A stretch of 64,000 bases of DNA from a bacterium (GCA_030674455.1 JAUSGQ010000015.1:5574-69573), one strand, 5' to 3'; positions 8,641-17,071 are shown, counted from the first letter of the stretch. Notes: generated by a model not told the origin, from the sequence alone. Numbers and translations are program-made.

Positions 8641-8804
8641 AAATACGGAGTGTCAGCCCTTACAGCATGACTGATAATTTCCAAATTGCAACTTTTGTGT
8701 TCCTTGCACCACGCCTCGCATCTCTTTTTCCACTCCTCCTCTTTGTAAGCTGATCCGCATTCGCTGCAAACGTATACGAGCGGCGTTATTTTAGATGTTG
8801 CCAT
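8637..8804 (-). CDS. Small Cys-rich (CxxC...CxxxC...C) zinc-ribbon-like protein, 56 aa, absent from the ORF track
   Basis: Manual translation gives MATSKITPLVYVCSECGSAYKEEEWKKRCEAWCKEHKSCNLEIISHAVRADTPYL*. Its stop overlaps the ATG of the downstream gene (ATGA). Confidence 0.35.
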   Translation of the reverse strand: MATSKITPLVYVCSECGSAYKEEEWKKRCEAWCKEHKSCNLEIISHAVRADTPYL

Positions 8805-8808
8805 GGTT

Positions 8809-11223
8809 TTAGAGCCGCTTCGCTTTCAAACGAAGCGAGTTCCCGACGACGGATACGCTTGAGAACGCCATGGCAAGCCCCGCGAACACGGGACTTAGCA
8901 GCCAGCCGAATAGTGGGAAGAATATTCCGGTCGCAAGAGGAATTCCCACGATATTGTATATGAATGCCCAGAAAAGATTCTGTTTGATGCCGCGCATCGT
9001 CAGTTTGGAAAGCCGGATGGCTTTCACCAGTTTTGAAATATCGCCGTGCAGGAGCGTGATACCCGCAGACTCAATGGCGACATCTGTTCCTGTCGCCATG
9101 GCGATGCCAACGTCGGCCTGTGCGAGGGCCGGTGCGTCGTTGACGCCGTCTCCCGCCATGGCTACTACCAGCCGCTGGCTGGAATTTTCAATTTTTAATT
9201 TCCAATTTTCAAATTTCCCAGACTGCAAATCTTTAATCAGATTAAGTTTATCTTCGGGCAGGACTTCGGCCACAACTTCGTCTATTCCCGCTTGCTCAGC
9301 AATGAATGCGGCGGTGCGTTTGTCGTCGCCCGTCAGCATGACCACTTTGATTCCGAGCGCGTGCAAATCCTTGACCGCAGCAACAGCTTCCGGTTTGATT
9401 TGGTCGGCTATCATCGCAACCGCAAGAACCGTATTTTCTGCAACAAGTATGACCGGGGTTTTTCCTTCCGATGTGTCCTTCTCAACCATGTCCCGCAACT
9501 TGGCGGTTGAACCGCCAAGTTGGTCGATACCTTTGATACTGCCGACAAAGTACTTTACGCCGCCGATACTGCCACCAATCCCCTTGCCTTTTACACTCTC
9601 AAATTCCTCAACGGGCAACAGCGTGATATTTTTCTCTTTTGCATTCGAAACAACCGCGTGCGCAATCGGATGCTCCGATTTATTTTCAAGCGAAGCAAGA
9701 ATCGCGATAATTTCCGCATCGCTTTTCCTCGATAGATTTTGCAGAGAAACCAATTCGGGCTTGCCTTTCGTAATCGTCCCGGTCTTATCCATTAAGACAA
9801 CGCTGACTTTGTGCAATTTCTCGAGAGTGGCCGCGTCTTTTACCAGTATCCCTTCACGCGCTCCCTTTCCGACTCCTACGATTATTGCTGTCGGTGTGGC
9901 GAGACCAAGTGCGCATGGGCATGCGATTACCAATATTCCCACGAACGAGACAAGACCGAATGAAAGTGCTTGAGAAAATCCGAGATATTGAGACCCGATT
10001 GCGAGCCACGCTCCCAGAGAAACGAACGCGATGACCAGTACAATGGGCACAAAAACGGCCGAAATTTTGTCCGCAAGCGCTTGTATGGGCGCGCGGCTTC
10101 CCTGCGCCTCCTCAACCATTTTCACTATGTGTGCAAGCATGGTTTCTTGGCCGACTTTCGTCGCTTTGAACGTAAATGAACCGCTCGTGTTTATTGTTCC
10201 GGCTACGACTGAATCACCGACGGCTTTTTTGACCGGCATCGGCTCGCCCGTCACCATTGATTCGTCCACGTGCGAGGAACCTTCCGTCAAAATTCCATCA
10301 ACGGGGATTTTACCCGCCGGTTTTACGACAACAATATCTCCCACGACCACTTGATCAATTGGGATTTCAATCTCTTGCCCTTCGAAGCCCTTGGGCGAAG
10401 TAGGGTCTTTTCCCTCCCGTATTACCAATGCGGTTTTTGCCTGCAAGTTCAAAAGTTTCTCTATCGCGTCCCCCGTCTTTACTTTCGCGCGGGCTTCAAG
10501 ATATTTTCCGAGAGCAATGAAAGTAATAACGATTATTGTTACGTCAAAGTACGTGGCGTCTATATTTATGAAGCGGCTTAAAGATGCTCCAAAAAACAGG
10601 ATGGCTAAACTGTATACATATGCGACGGAGGTTCCAAGTCCTATAAGCGTATCCATATTGGCCTTCCCATAGCGCAAAAAACGATAAAAACCCAAAAGGT
10701 ACGGTTTTCCAACGACAAAAAGTACGTAAGTCGCCATGAGCGGAAGCAAATAATTTATGGGAACTTTCAGCACGGATGGAATCGGGCCGACAGTGCCAAA
10801 TTGAGATAGAACATCCCACCCCAAAATGAGTGCGCTTATAATTGAGAGCGGTACAGCTGAAACTACCTTCCATTTCAAATCGGCGATTTCAGCGAGCTTT
10901 TCTTCCTTTGATTGGTTAAGCCCAAGATGAGCCGCGTGCTCATCCTCCGACATTCCCATTTCACTCGCACTGAGCGAAGTCGAAGTGTGCGCCGACATCC
11001 CCTCTCTTGCTTTCGGCTGAATGAAAGAGTATCCGAGCGGCTTTATTTTTTCCGAAAGATGATGCGGATTTGTTTTTACCTCGTCGTATGAGATTTTCGC
11101 CGCCTCGGTGCCGTAATTAACTTCCACGGATTGCACGCCTTCGACTTTCTTTAGCGTCTTTTCGATAATCGCCGCACAGCTGGCGCAATGCATGCCCCTT
11201 ATGTTAAGCGTCTTATTGATCAT
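8809..11223 (-). CDS. copA: Copper-translocating P1B-type ATPase CopA
   Basis: N-terminal HMA domain ([15 protein letters not shown]), [20 protein letters not shown] and 8 TM helices. Start taken at [10 protein letters not shown]; the longer ORF in the track overlaps csoR. Confidence 0.9.
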   Translation of the reverse strand: MINKTLNIRGMHCASCAAIIEKTLKKVEGVQSVEVNYGTEAAKISYDEVKTNPHHLSEKIKPLGYSFIQPKAREGMSAHTSTSLSASEMGMSEDEHAAHLGLNQSKEEKLAEIADLKWKVVSAVPLSIISALILGWDVLSQFGTVGPIPSVLKVPINYLLPLMATYVLFVVGKPYLLGFYRFLRYGKANMDTLIGLGTSVAYVYSLAILFFGASLSRFINIDATYFDVTIIVITFIALGKYLEARAKVKTGDAIEKLLNLQAKTALVIREGKDPTSPKGFEGQEIEIPIDQVVVGDIVVVKPAGKIPVDGILTEGSSHVDESMVTGEPMPVKKAVGDSVVAGTINTSGSFTFKATKVGQETMLAHIVKMVEEAQGSRAPIQALADKISAVFVPIVLVIAFVSLGAWLAIGSQYLGFSQALSFGLVSFVGILVIACPCALGLATPTAIIVGVGKGAREGILVKDAATLEKLHKVSVVLMDKTGTITKGKPELVSLQNLSRKSDAEIIAILASLENKSEHPIAHAVVSNAKEKNITLLPVEEFESVKGKGIGGSIGGVKYFVGSIKGIDQLGGSTAKLRDMVEKDTSEGKTPVILVAENTVLAVAMIADQIKPEAVAAVKDLHALGIKVVMLTGDDKRTAAFIAEQAGIDEVVAEVLPEDKLNLIKDLQSGKFENWKLKIENSSQRLVVAMAGDGVNDAPALAQADVGIAMATGTDVAIESAGITLLHGDISKLVKAIRLSKLTMRGIKQNLFWAFIYNIVGIPLATGIFFPLFGWLLSPVFAGLAMAFSSVSVVGNSLRLKAKRL

Positions 11224-11267
11224 AAAATTGAAGCGCAACCTGCCCCGTAGCTCCGCTGGAGGCGGAT

Positions 11268-11291
11268 GGTACCGGGGTGCATTCCCCGGAG
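11268..11291. promoter_or_regulatory. GC-rich inverted repeat GGTACCGGGGTGCATTCCCCGGAG between csoR and copA (possible second CsoR site)
   Basis: Read from the sequence. The adjacent CTGGAGGCGGATGG resembles the GGATCC-linker palindromic element. Confidence 0.3.
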
Positions 11292-11361
11292 TTTGAAAGT
11301 ATTTGATTTCATGACTTGCATTTAGTATTTTTGCTGGAACCTGTAACCTGACACCTGACAC

Positions 11362-11616
11362 CTATTTCCTCTTGAGCTTATAAACATTGATAATTTCTCC
11401 GACCGCCTTTTTCGCGCTGCCGTTTTTTATCTGCTTCACCAAGCAGGTTGATAAGTGGTCCTGCAGTATCAAGTCTTCCACATTTGACAATCCCTGCTTT
11501 ACCGCTGAACTCTGCGTGATGACATCGATACAATACGCATCTTTTTCTATCATCTCGCGAAGTCCTCTCACCTGGCCCTCGATTATATTCAATCGCCGCA
11601 CAGTGTCCGTTTTCAT
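11362..11616 (-). CDS. csoR: CsoR/RcnR-family metal-sensing transcriptional repressor
   Basis: 84 aa with the DUF156 fold hallmarks: conserved C (YCIDV) and an H...C pair (HLSTC). Sits immediately upstream of copA. Confidence 0.8.
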   Translation of the reverse strand: MKTDTVRRLNIIEGQVRGLREMIEKDAYCIDVITQSSAVKQGLSNVEDLILQDHLSTCLVKQIKNGSAKKAVGEIINVYKLKRK

Positions 11617-11622
11617 ACTTGG

Positions 11623-11862
11623 TTATGCGTGAATATCCTTTTTCATGCTTTCAAACTGTTCCCTCGTAATCTCGCCCTTCGCATAGCGAGTCTTTAGGAT
11701 GTCGAGAGCCGACTCACGCGAAGTACCATTGCCGGTATTGGTGTTGCGCACAAGCCAAACGATGCCCGCGATGACGAGAGCCCAGAACGCGAGCATTCCG
11801 ATAAAACCCAAGAAATGAAACGGAAAGAATCCGCCATCGTAATTTCCGTAGTAGTACATCAT
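11623..11862 (-). CDS. SHOCT-domain membrane protein
   Basis: 79 aa with an N-terminal TM and a C-terminal ILKTRYAKGEITREQFESMKKDI, the SHOCT motif. Confidence 0.7.
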   Translation of the reverse strand: MMYYYGNYDGGFFPFHFLGFIGMLAFWALVIAGIVWLVRNTNTGNGTSRESALDILKTRYAKGEITREQFESMKKDIHA

Positions 11863-11941
11863 AGAGATAGGTAGCAGGTTATAGGTTACAGGTAGTAGTT
11901 AGTAGAGGATGCGAAACTAATGTGCCAATAATAGCGCTAGT

Positions 11942-11959
11942 ATACCCCCCAGGGGGTAT
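11942..11959. promoter_or_regulatory. CsoR-type operator ATACCCCCCAGGGGGTAT upstream of the SHOCT-csoR-copA operon
   Basis: GC-tract pseudo-palindrome matching the known CsoR operator architecture (ATACCC-N-GGGTAT), about 80 bp upstream of the first gene of the operon. Confidence 0.6.
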
Positions 11960-11993
11960 CTGTCAATGTGGATGTGGAAAACTCGCAACCCCC

Positions 11994-14471
11994 CTACATA
12001 ACCCCAATCGGCGCCGGCGGGGTTGGCATATCCCCGCCCATGCTGTTTTCCGCGCGAGGAGTGCCTGAAATCGTATTGCCTGACGCGTCTGTTTCAGCGG
12101 AAGCCGCCGTACTTATGCCTCTATGCCAATTGTCCGCGGTCGCATCACCCGGATTCGAATCGCGCTCCATGGTCATCGGATTAATTAAATCAGGGGCGAA
12201 AATAGCGCCAGAGACTCCGGAACACCAGCCCCCGCACAGGGAAACTGCGGGCGTGCCGTCAACTGTGGTCGTCGCGCTTCCGCTTCCCCACTCCAGCCGC
12301 AACTCTTCGCCGTCGTTTGAAAGTTCATCAAAGGCAAGGATAATATTTCCAGCGACACTTGTCGCTTCTTCACGCCGCTCAATAAGATAATATCCGCCTT
12401 GCGTAATCGCGCCGGAGAGCTGTATGTATGATGGAGACCCATCCGCGGAAACAAGCGCAAAGCGCGAAAGCGCAAGCGCGTACAGCGAGTTGTTTTTTAA
12501 TTCTATCCATTCATCGCTCGCTTCTGCTTGCGTTCCCGCCCACGCAATTTCATTGATTATTAACGGCTGTGTCGCGACGTAGACATCCACGGGGGTAGAG
12601 GTCGCGGCATTTCCCGCCGCGTTGTACGCACCAACAGAGAGAGTGGTTGAAGCGTTCGCGGCCAAGGAGAGCGCGACATTCGTTCCTGATGTAGTCGCCA
12701 CGGTCGCGCCGTTCACCGCGTACGCGTAATACTCTGTGCCTGCGACAGGCGACCAAGCGAGTGTCGCGCTGGTGGTTGGTATGAGACAAAACAGCGTTGA
12801 TAGAGACGCCGAGCATTCAGAAACAAACGCGGAGGGCGCCGTGCCAACGATAACCGTACGCGTAATCGCATCGGATGTGTTTCCCGCGCCATCGGCCGCG
12901 ACCACGCCGATTGAAATTGTCCCTTCCGGCAACGAGAGAGCTATGGACCAATCGCCGCCCGAATCGGCAACGGTTGCCACTGTTCCGCCCGCGTATGAAG
13001 CGACTACCGAGTAGCCGGAATTCGTCGTGCCGGAAAACGTAACTGGTGATGTCGCGAAAAACGCCCCTTCGAGGGGCGCTTGGACAGCGAGTGGAACGGA
13101 AACGGATACCGGCGCCGCGACCGGACTTGGAGCCGCGCCTCCCCCGCCTCCCCCGAAGCCGGGAGAAACACCGATGAGCGGCAACCCCGACCCCAGCGGA
13201 ACAATCATTTTCGGCTGGCTCGGTGAAGGCGCGGGCGGTGGCGAAACTGGCGGAGGCGGTGGCGGTGGCGGTGGCGAAGCCGGAGCTTTGGGCGTTATTG
13301 GAGCAACGACTGCGACTGTTTTTGGAGTTGGCGGCGCGGGGGCAACAGTGGGCGCGGGTTTAGCAGGGGCCGGCGCCGGAGGCGGCGAAGACATCTTGAG
13401 TAATGCGGGAGAGATCGCGGCGACTTGGCTCGCCGCGCCTGCTTTGCCGGCGGCCGAAGTCGCGGTTGCGAACACTTTTCTTATTTGGGCGGCCGCGTAT
13501 GCCGCGGCCGCGGCCGCTTTCTGCGCCGCGACTACGACTGCATTTGTTACAACATTAGCCGTATAAACGATTGCTTTTCCTGTAATAATTATTCCGGTAC
13601 CGAGGGCGCGGCCAGTCGCGGAAGCCGCTCCATCAATCGCGTTTACAACAGCAACGTCGGCGGTTTTTATCGCTTGCGCGACAGGGTCAGCGATAGCAAA
13701 CACGACAGCTTTCGTTTTGTGCGCGATAGTCTTAGGAGGCGGATTAAAGCATCCCTCGGAAACAGTGGAAGCGCTGGTTTTTAAGTTTCCGAGCGCGCGT
13801 GAAATGTCGGCGACGATTCTATCGGGTTCACCGGCAAGATAACTGCTACTAAAATGATGTCCGCCAGCTTTTTCGCTTATTTCATTTGGTGGAAGAGGAA
13901 TGGTTATGTTCGCTGGAAGCGGCGCCGGTGCGCCTGCCTTAGCCATCCATGGGCGAATTCCGTTAATCACTCTGTCGTTCGTAGAAGTGAGATACGCGCC
14001 TCCGCCTTCTACGCGGTCGGCCGGAGTAGCAAGATTGTATACGGCCAGCGATTCTACCGGCACTCCGTTATTGAGAAAATACTGATAGAGCGCATTGGTG
14101 TAGAAAGTCCCCTGCGAATGTCCGAGAAGAAGTATTTTGCGAGTGGAAACCTGCGGATGAATTTGCATCAAGATGGTATCGCGGTCAAAATCCGAGATTG
14201 AATTGCCGAAAGCTTGAGCTATTGATTGAAGCGTATCTCCAAAACCGCCGATGTGGGGTGGATTGTAGCCGTTAATAAATTGAACATCAGTTTCTTTACC
14301 TTTCTTTTCAAACTGTTTTGTGAGCGCATAAGTATCTTTATCAGCATCTTCTTTATTGGTCCAGATACCATTTACATACACAACCGTTGTTCCATTCGGC
14401 TCGCAAACAGCAAAAACATATGACGGAGTCAAAACAACAAGAAATACAAGAGTTAATGTCACTTTCTTCAC
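11994..14471 (-). CDS. Secreted multidomain protein: N-terminal alpha/beta-hydrolase (lipase-like, GHSQG), Pro-rich linker, Ig-like repeats, C-terminal lamin-tail domain (LTD)
   Basis: Signal peptide, nucleophile elbow LLLGHSQGT, a PPPPPPPP linker, and a C-terminus IINEIAWAGT...EWIELKN...YYLIERREEA typical of LTD (PF00932). Confidence 0.7.
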   Translation of the reverse strand: MKKVTLTLVFLVVLTPSYVFAVCEPNGTTVVYVNGIWTNKEDADKDTYALTKQFEKKGKETDVQFINGYNPPHIGGFGDTLQSIAQAFGNSISDFDRDTILMQIHPQVSTRKILLLGHSQGTFYTNALYQYFLNNGVPVESLAVYNLATPADRVEGGGAYLTSTNDRVINGIRPWMAKAGAPAPLPANITIPLPPNEISEKAGGHHFSSSYLAGEPDRIVADISRALGNLKTSASTVSEGCFNPPPKTIAHKTKAVVFAIADPVAQAIKTADVAVVNAIDGAASATGRALGTGIIITGKAIVYTANVVTNAVVVAAQKAAAAAAYAAAQIRKVFATATSAAGKAGAASQVAAISPALLKMSSPPPAPAPAKPAPTVAPAPPTPKTVAVVAPITPKAPASPPPPPPPPPVSPPPAPSPSQPKMIVPLGSGLPLIGVSPGFGGGGGGAAPSPVAAPVSVSVPLAVQAPLEGAFFATSPVTFSGTTNSGYSVVASYAGGTVATVADSGGDWSIALSLPEGTISIGVVAADGAGNTSDAITRTVIVGTAPSAFVSECSASLSTLFCLIPTTSATLAWSPVAGTEYYAYAVNGATVATTSGTNVALSLAANASTTLSVGAYNAAGNAATSTPVDVYVATQPLIINEIAWAGTQAEASDEWIELKNNSLYALALSRFALVSADGSPSYIQLSGAITQGGYYLIERREEATSVAGNIILAFDELSNDGEELRLEWGSGSATTTVDGTPAVSLCGGWCSGVSGAIFAPDLINPMTMERDSNPGDATADNWHRGISTAASAETDASGNTISGTPRAENSMGGDMPTPPAPIGVM

Positions 14472-14478
14472 ACCAATA

Positions 14479-15177
14479 TTACGTCCCTACGTCACAATCT
14501 TGTCCTGACAGAACCTTGAAAGACGTCCGGTACGCATCGAGGTTGGAATATTTCTGTTTTCGGTCCTTCGTGTTCCTAACCAAATCTTCCACCTCCGTTA
14601 CTTTTTTAGAATAATCCGTATTTCCATCCAAGGCATCAAACACACAACCAAAACCTTGTCCCCTCTTTTGTGCAACAGCTACCCAAGTCTCCGAATTAAA
14701 CACCTGCGTTAATTCCATCTGCAACGCCTTAGCATACTGCAACTCGGCGGCGCGGATTTTTGCCTCGTTAGGATATTTCTTAAAAATCGCAAGTTCGACA
14801 TCGTCGCGGATGCCGTTTCCGTTTGCGTCTATTCCCTCAACAGTCGCGTCAACTTGCGCGGGGTCGGGCGGCGGCGGGAGATTCTCGCCCATTACGTCTG
14901 CGAGCGTGAGTTTTTGCGCGTGAATTTGCGCGACTACTTCTTGTGTTTTTTCTTGCTCCAATACAAAAGGAAGGCGATAAATAAGCAGGGCGACAAAAAG
15001 CCAGAACGGCACGGCAATAACCCAAAACCACCACTTGCGATAAATGGAGCGGCGGGCTACCGAAATCAAGGGTTCCCCCTGATTCTCTTCATTCCCAGGG
15101 CTGCTCATATTTGAGATTGTAGCACCGTCTCTTTTCTTAACCTCATCACTATCCACAACCCTAGAAAAAACAAACAT
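14479..15177 (-). CDS. Hypothetical membrane protein
   Basis: 232 aa with one TM (WWFWVIAVPFWLFVALLIY). No family recognised. Confidence 0.45.
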   Translation of the reverse strand: MFVFSRVVDSDEVKKRDGATISNMSSPGNEENQGEPLISVARRSIYRKWWFWVIAVPFWLFVALLIYRLPFVLEQEKTQEVVAQIHAQKLTLADVMGENLPPPPDPAQVDATVEGIDANGNGIRDDVELAIFKKYPNEAKIRAAELQYAKALQMELTQVFNSETWVAVAQKRGQGFGCVFDALDGNTDYSKKVTEVEDLVRNTKDRKQKYSNLDAYRTSFKVLSGQDCDVGT

Positions 15178-15211
15178 CCCTATCTTGCGCGGTAGCGTAA
15201 GATAGGGATGT
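15174..15211. promoter_or_regulatory. 38 bp palindrome ACATCCCTATCTTGCGC-GGTA-GCGTAAGATAGGGATGT overlapping the start codon of the PaaX-like gene
   Basis: Read from the sequence. A second copy lies at 15866-15902, immediately downstream of the same gene. Confidence 0.6.
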
Positions 15212-15791
15212 GGGACAGATTGAGGAGAAATCCCGAAAACGCCGAAAGAAGGAGAACATTCAGCAGGCAGTTCTTGCCGCGATAGGAATCGCGGGCATTC
15301 TTGCCGTGACTATGATTGCGCCAAATATCTTTCAGGCGGTTCCCGGTCTCATGGGAAGAAAGCGATACAAACTGGCCTTTCAAGCTCGCACTGCCTCTTC
15401 TCGTCTCGCCATAAAGGGCTACGTGCGATTCATTTTGAAAAATGGAAAGAAATGGATTGAGATTACTGATGCTGGAAGACGCGCTCTGTTGCTCGAGCAT
15501 GAAAAAGCGCGACTCGATGTCATACAGGGCAAACGGTGGGACAAGCGTTACAGACTGGTCATGTTTGACATCCCGCAGAAACGCAAAAACACGAGGGACA
15601 GTGTAAGACGGTTGTTGCGCGAGTGCGGGTTCCTTCGATTGCAGGACAGCGTGTGGGTATTTCCCTACGACTGCGAGGAGTTGATTGTTCTAATTAAGTC
15701 GGATATGCGGCTCGGCAAGGATTTACTGTATGTCATTGTTGATTCGATAGAGAACGACGGTTGGATAAAAAAACACTTCGGCTTGGGATGA
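15210..15791 (+). CDS. PaaX-like transcriptional regulator (N-terminal TM, winged HTH, WDxRW...FDIP central domain); paralog 1
   Basis: RWDKRYRLVMFDIPQKRKNTRDSVRRLLRECGFLRLQDSVWVFPYD resembles the PaaX central/C-terminal (Cas2-like fold) region WDGKWLLLL, and GYVRFILKNGKKWIEITDAGRRALL resembles the PaaX wHTH. GTG start. A paralog lies at 58173-58748. Confidence 0.55.
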   Translation: MGQIEEKSRKRRKKENIQQAVLAAIGIAGILAVTMIAPNIFQAVPGLMGRKRYKLAFQARTASSRLAIKGYVRFILKNGKKWIEITDAGRRALLLEHEKARLDVIQGKRWDKRYRLVMFDIPQKRKNTRDSVRRLLRECGFLRLQDSVWVFPYDCEELIVLIKSDMRLGKDLLYVIVDSIENDGWIKKHFGLG

Positions 15792-15865
15792 TGCGAGAGA
15801 TAGAAATGCGATTGATTCATTTTTGCCCTTTAGCTTTCGATGTCCATTGCATTTCACATTTCCCA

Positions 15866-15902
15866 ACATCCCTATCTCGCGCTACCGCGCAAGATAGGGA
15901 TG
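15866..15902. promoter_or_regulatory. Second copy of the ACATCCCTATCTCGCGC-tacc-GCGCAAGATAGGGATGT palindrome, 3' of the PaaX-like gene
   Basis: Read from the sequence. Together with 15174-15211 it brackets the gene. Confidence 0.6.
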
Positions 15903-15958
15903 TTTGAATGGTTGAGCGTGTAAAACTGTAAAATCGCGAATTACAGAGTCCGAGGGCG

Positions 15959-16183
15959 CTACTCCGCTACAGATAACATCTTTGACGGGGCGTGATGCCC
16001 GCTTATTATTCGCACTTTTTTCGCTGGGACGCCGAGCTTCTCCGCTATTATTTTTATTACTCTAGCGTTCGCGGAATTTCTTTCCGCTTTTTCTTTTACC
16101 GCAATCTTAAAAACATCTCTCGAAATAAGTTCAATGCTCTCCTTTTTCTGCCCCGTTTTCACCCGCGCCTTTATGTACACCAT
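15959..16183 (-). CDS. DUF167 (YggU) family protein
   Basis: 74 aa, MVYIKARVKTGQKKESIEL...IKIIAEKLGVPAKKVRIISG, typical of DUF167. Confidence 0.65.
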   Translation of the reverse strand: MVYIKARVKTGQKKESIELISRDVFKIAVKEKAERNSANARVIKIIAEKLGVPAKKVRIISGHHAPSKMLSVAE

Positions 16184-16396
16184 GTGAGATACGGCATCAT
16201 ATACCCATGCTAAGAATACCGAAAATATCGAACTCCTCCGCCCAGATTTTCATCCCTAAATTATATCAACAATTTCTTTGAGCCGCCTCCGCAGACATCT
16301 GGGAAACTCTCGGTTTTCCCAATCCTTCCGACACGAGGAACTCCCGTTCCCCGACCCCCTCCCAGTCTGGGAGTCGTCTCTTACGCTTCGCCTTAG

Positions 16397-16469
16397 AGCC
16401 GCCTCCCAGACTCGAACTGGGGACCTTCACTTTACAAAAGTGTTGCTCTACCAACTGAGCTAAGGCGGC
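16397..16469 (-). tRNA. tRNA-Thr (anticodon UGU)
   Basis: Reverse complement GCCGCCTTAGCTCAGTTGGTAGAGCAACACTTTTGTAAAGTGAAGGTCCCCAGTTCGAGTCTGGGAGGCGGCT gives a 7 bp acceptor stem, D arm, anticodon loop TTTGTAA, and T arm CCCAG-TTCGAGT-CTGGG. CCA is not encoded. The ORF 16266-16454 is therefore spurious. Confidence 0.85.
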
Positions 16470-16645
16470 TTATCTAATATCTAAAGAACAATCTTTTACT
16501 ACCAAAGCCGACGCTTCGGTCGGCTCCCCGACCCCACAGGGCGTCGGAGCTGAGCTAAGGCGGCATTCACCATCTTACTGAGTCCCGACGTTTCAGTCGG
16601 GATCCCGACCGCTTTACGCGTCGGGACTAAGGCGGCGTGAGACTA
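16470..16645 (-). repeat. Two partial duplicates of the tRNA-Thr 5' end (GCCGCCTTAG...), each fused to GC-rich hairpins (GCCGAC-CGAAGC-GTCGGC and CCCGAC-TGAAAC-GTCGGG)
   Basis: Read from the sequence. On the minus strand, GCCGCCTTAGCTCAG and GCCGCCTTAGTCCC copies begin near 16568 and 16640. Confidence 0.5.
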
Positions 16646-17068
16646 CTATAATCTTTCCGCGCCGTTCTGACCACTGTTCGCGCCAGAATCCTTGCCATTG
16701 CGTAATGGATGCTCGCTCACCTGCTTCAAGAATTCCGAGTGTGTTTCCTTCTTTTCGAAATTGTGTTTGTGGGAAACGAGGTCTGCCAAACGATGTGCCT
16801 GCGTTTCAAGGTATCGCGCGAATCGCGCCGCCTCGAGCGCGCCCCAGTGTATAGCCATGCGGGACAAAAGCAAAAGAATGCCGGGGAGTTTTGATAGCTC
16901 TTCCCTTTTTTCCAGAATGCGCTCCTTAAGTTCTATTGCTTTTTCGTCTGCTATTTTGCGTAAGTTGGGAGAAAGCACCTTTTGACTGCGTTCCTCAAAC
17001 TGCTTCACGACGAACAGGCCGACGATTCCGAGCAGTGACAGAAAAAAGATTACGGATGCGAAAAGCAT
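16646..17068 (-). CDS. Hypothetical membrane protein
   Basis: Start taken at MLFASVIFF. The upstream 20 aa of the ORF (MSVFYSQLFVDWNSFVDW) are read-through into repeat R1 and are repeated verbatim at the sufD ORF. Confidence 0.45.
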   Translation of the reverse strand: MLFASVIFFLSLLGIVGLFVVKQFEERSQKVLSPNLRKIADEKAIELKERILEKREELSKLPGILLLLSRMAIHWGALEAARFARYLETQAHRLADLVSHKHNFEKKETHSEFLKQVSEHPLRNGKDSGANSGQNGAERL

Positions 17069-17071
17069 AAA

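Noticed and set aside
8870-9973. 367 aa plus-strand ORF inside copA
   Set aside because: It is antisense to a highly conserved P-type ATPase and has a Ser/Thr/Ala-rich composition typical of a shadow ORF. The same reasoning applies to 13027-13566, 22512-23093, 25328-26014, 37757-38356, 48069-48488 and 51295-51889.
15210-15791. Calling the 193 aa proteins CRISPR Cas2
   Set aside because: The C-terminal FDIP...R..L...G...Q.SV motif is Cas2-like. However, the N-terminal TM and wHTH, the WDxRW motif, the 190 aa size, and the absence of any CRISPR array or cas1 fit PaaX-like regulators better. The Cas2-like fold is retained only as a structural note.
16266-16463. ORFs 16266-16454 and 16278-16463 in the six-frame track
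   Set aside because: The region encodes tRNA-Thr(UGU) on the minus strand plus GC hairpins, so the ORFs are artefacts.
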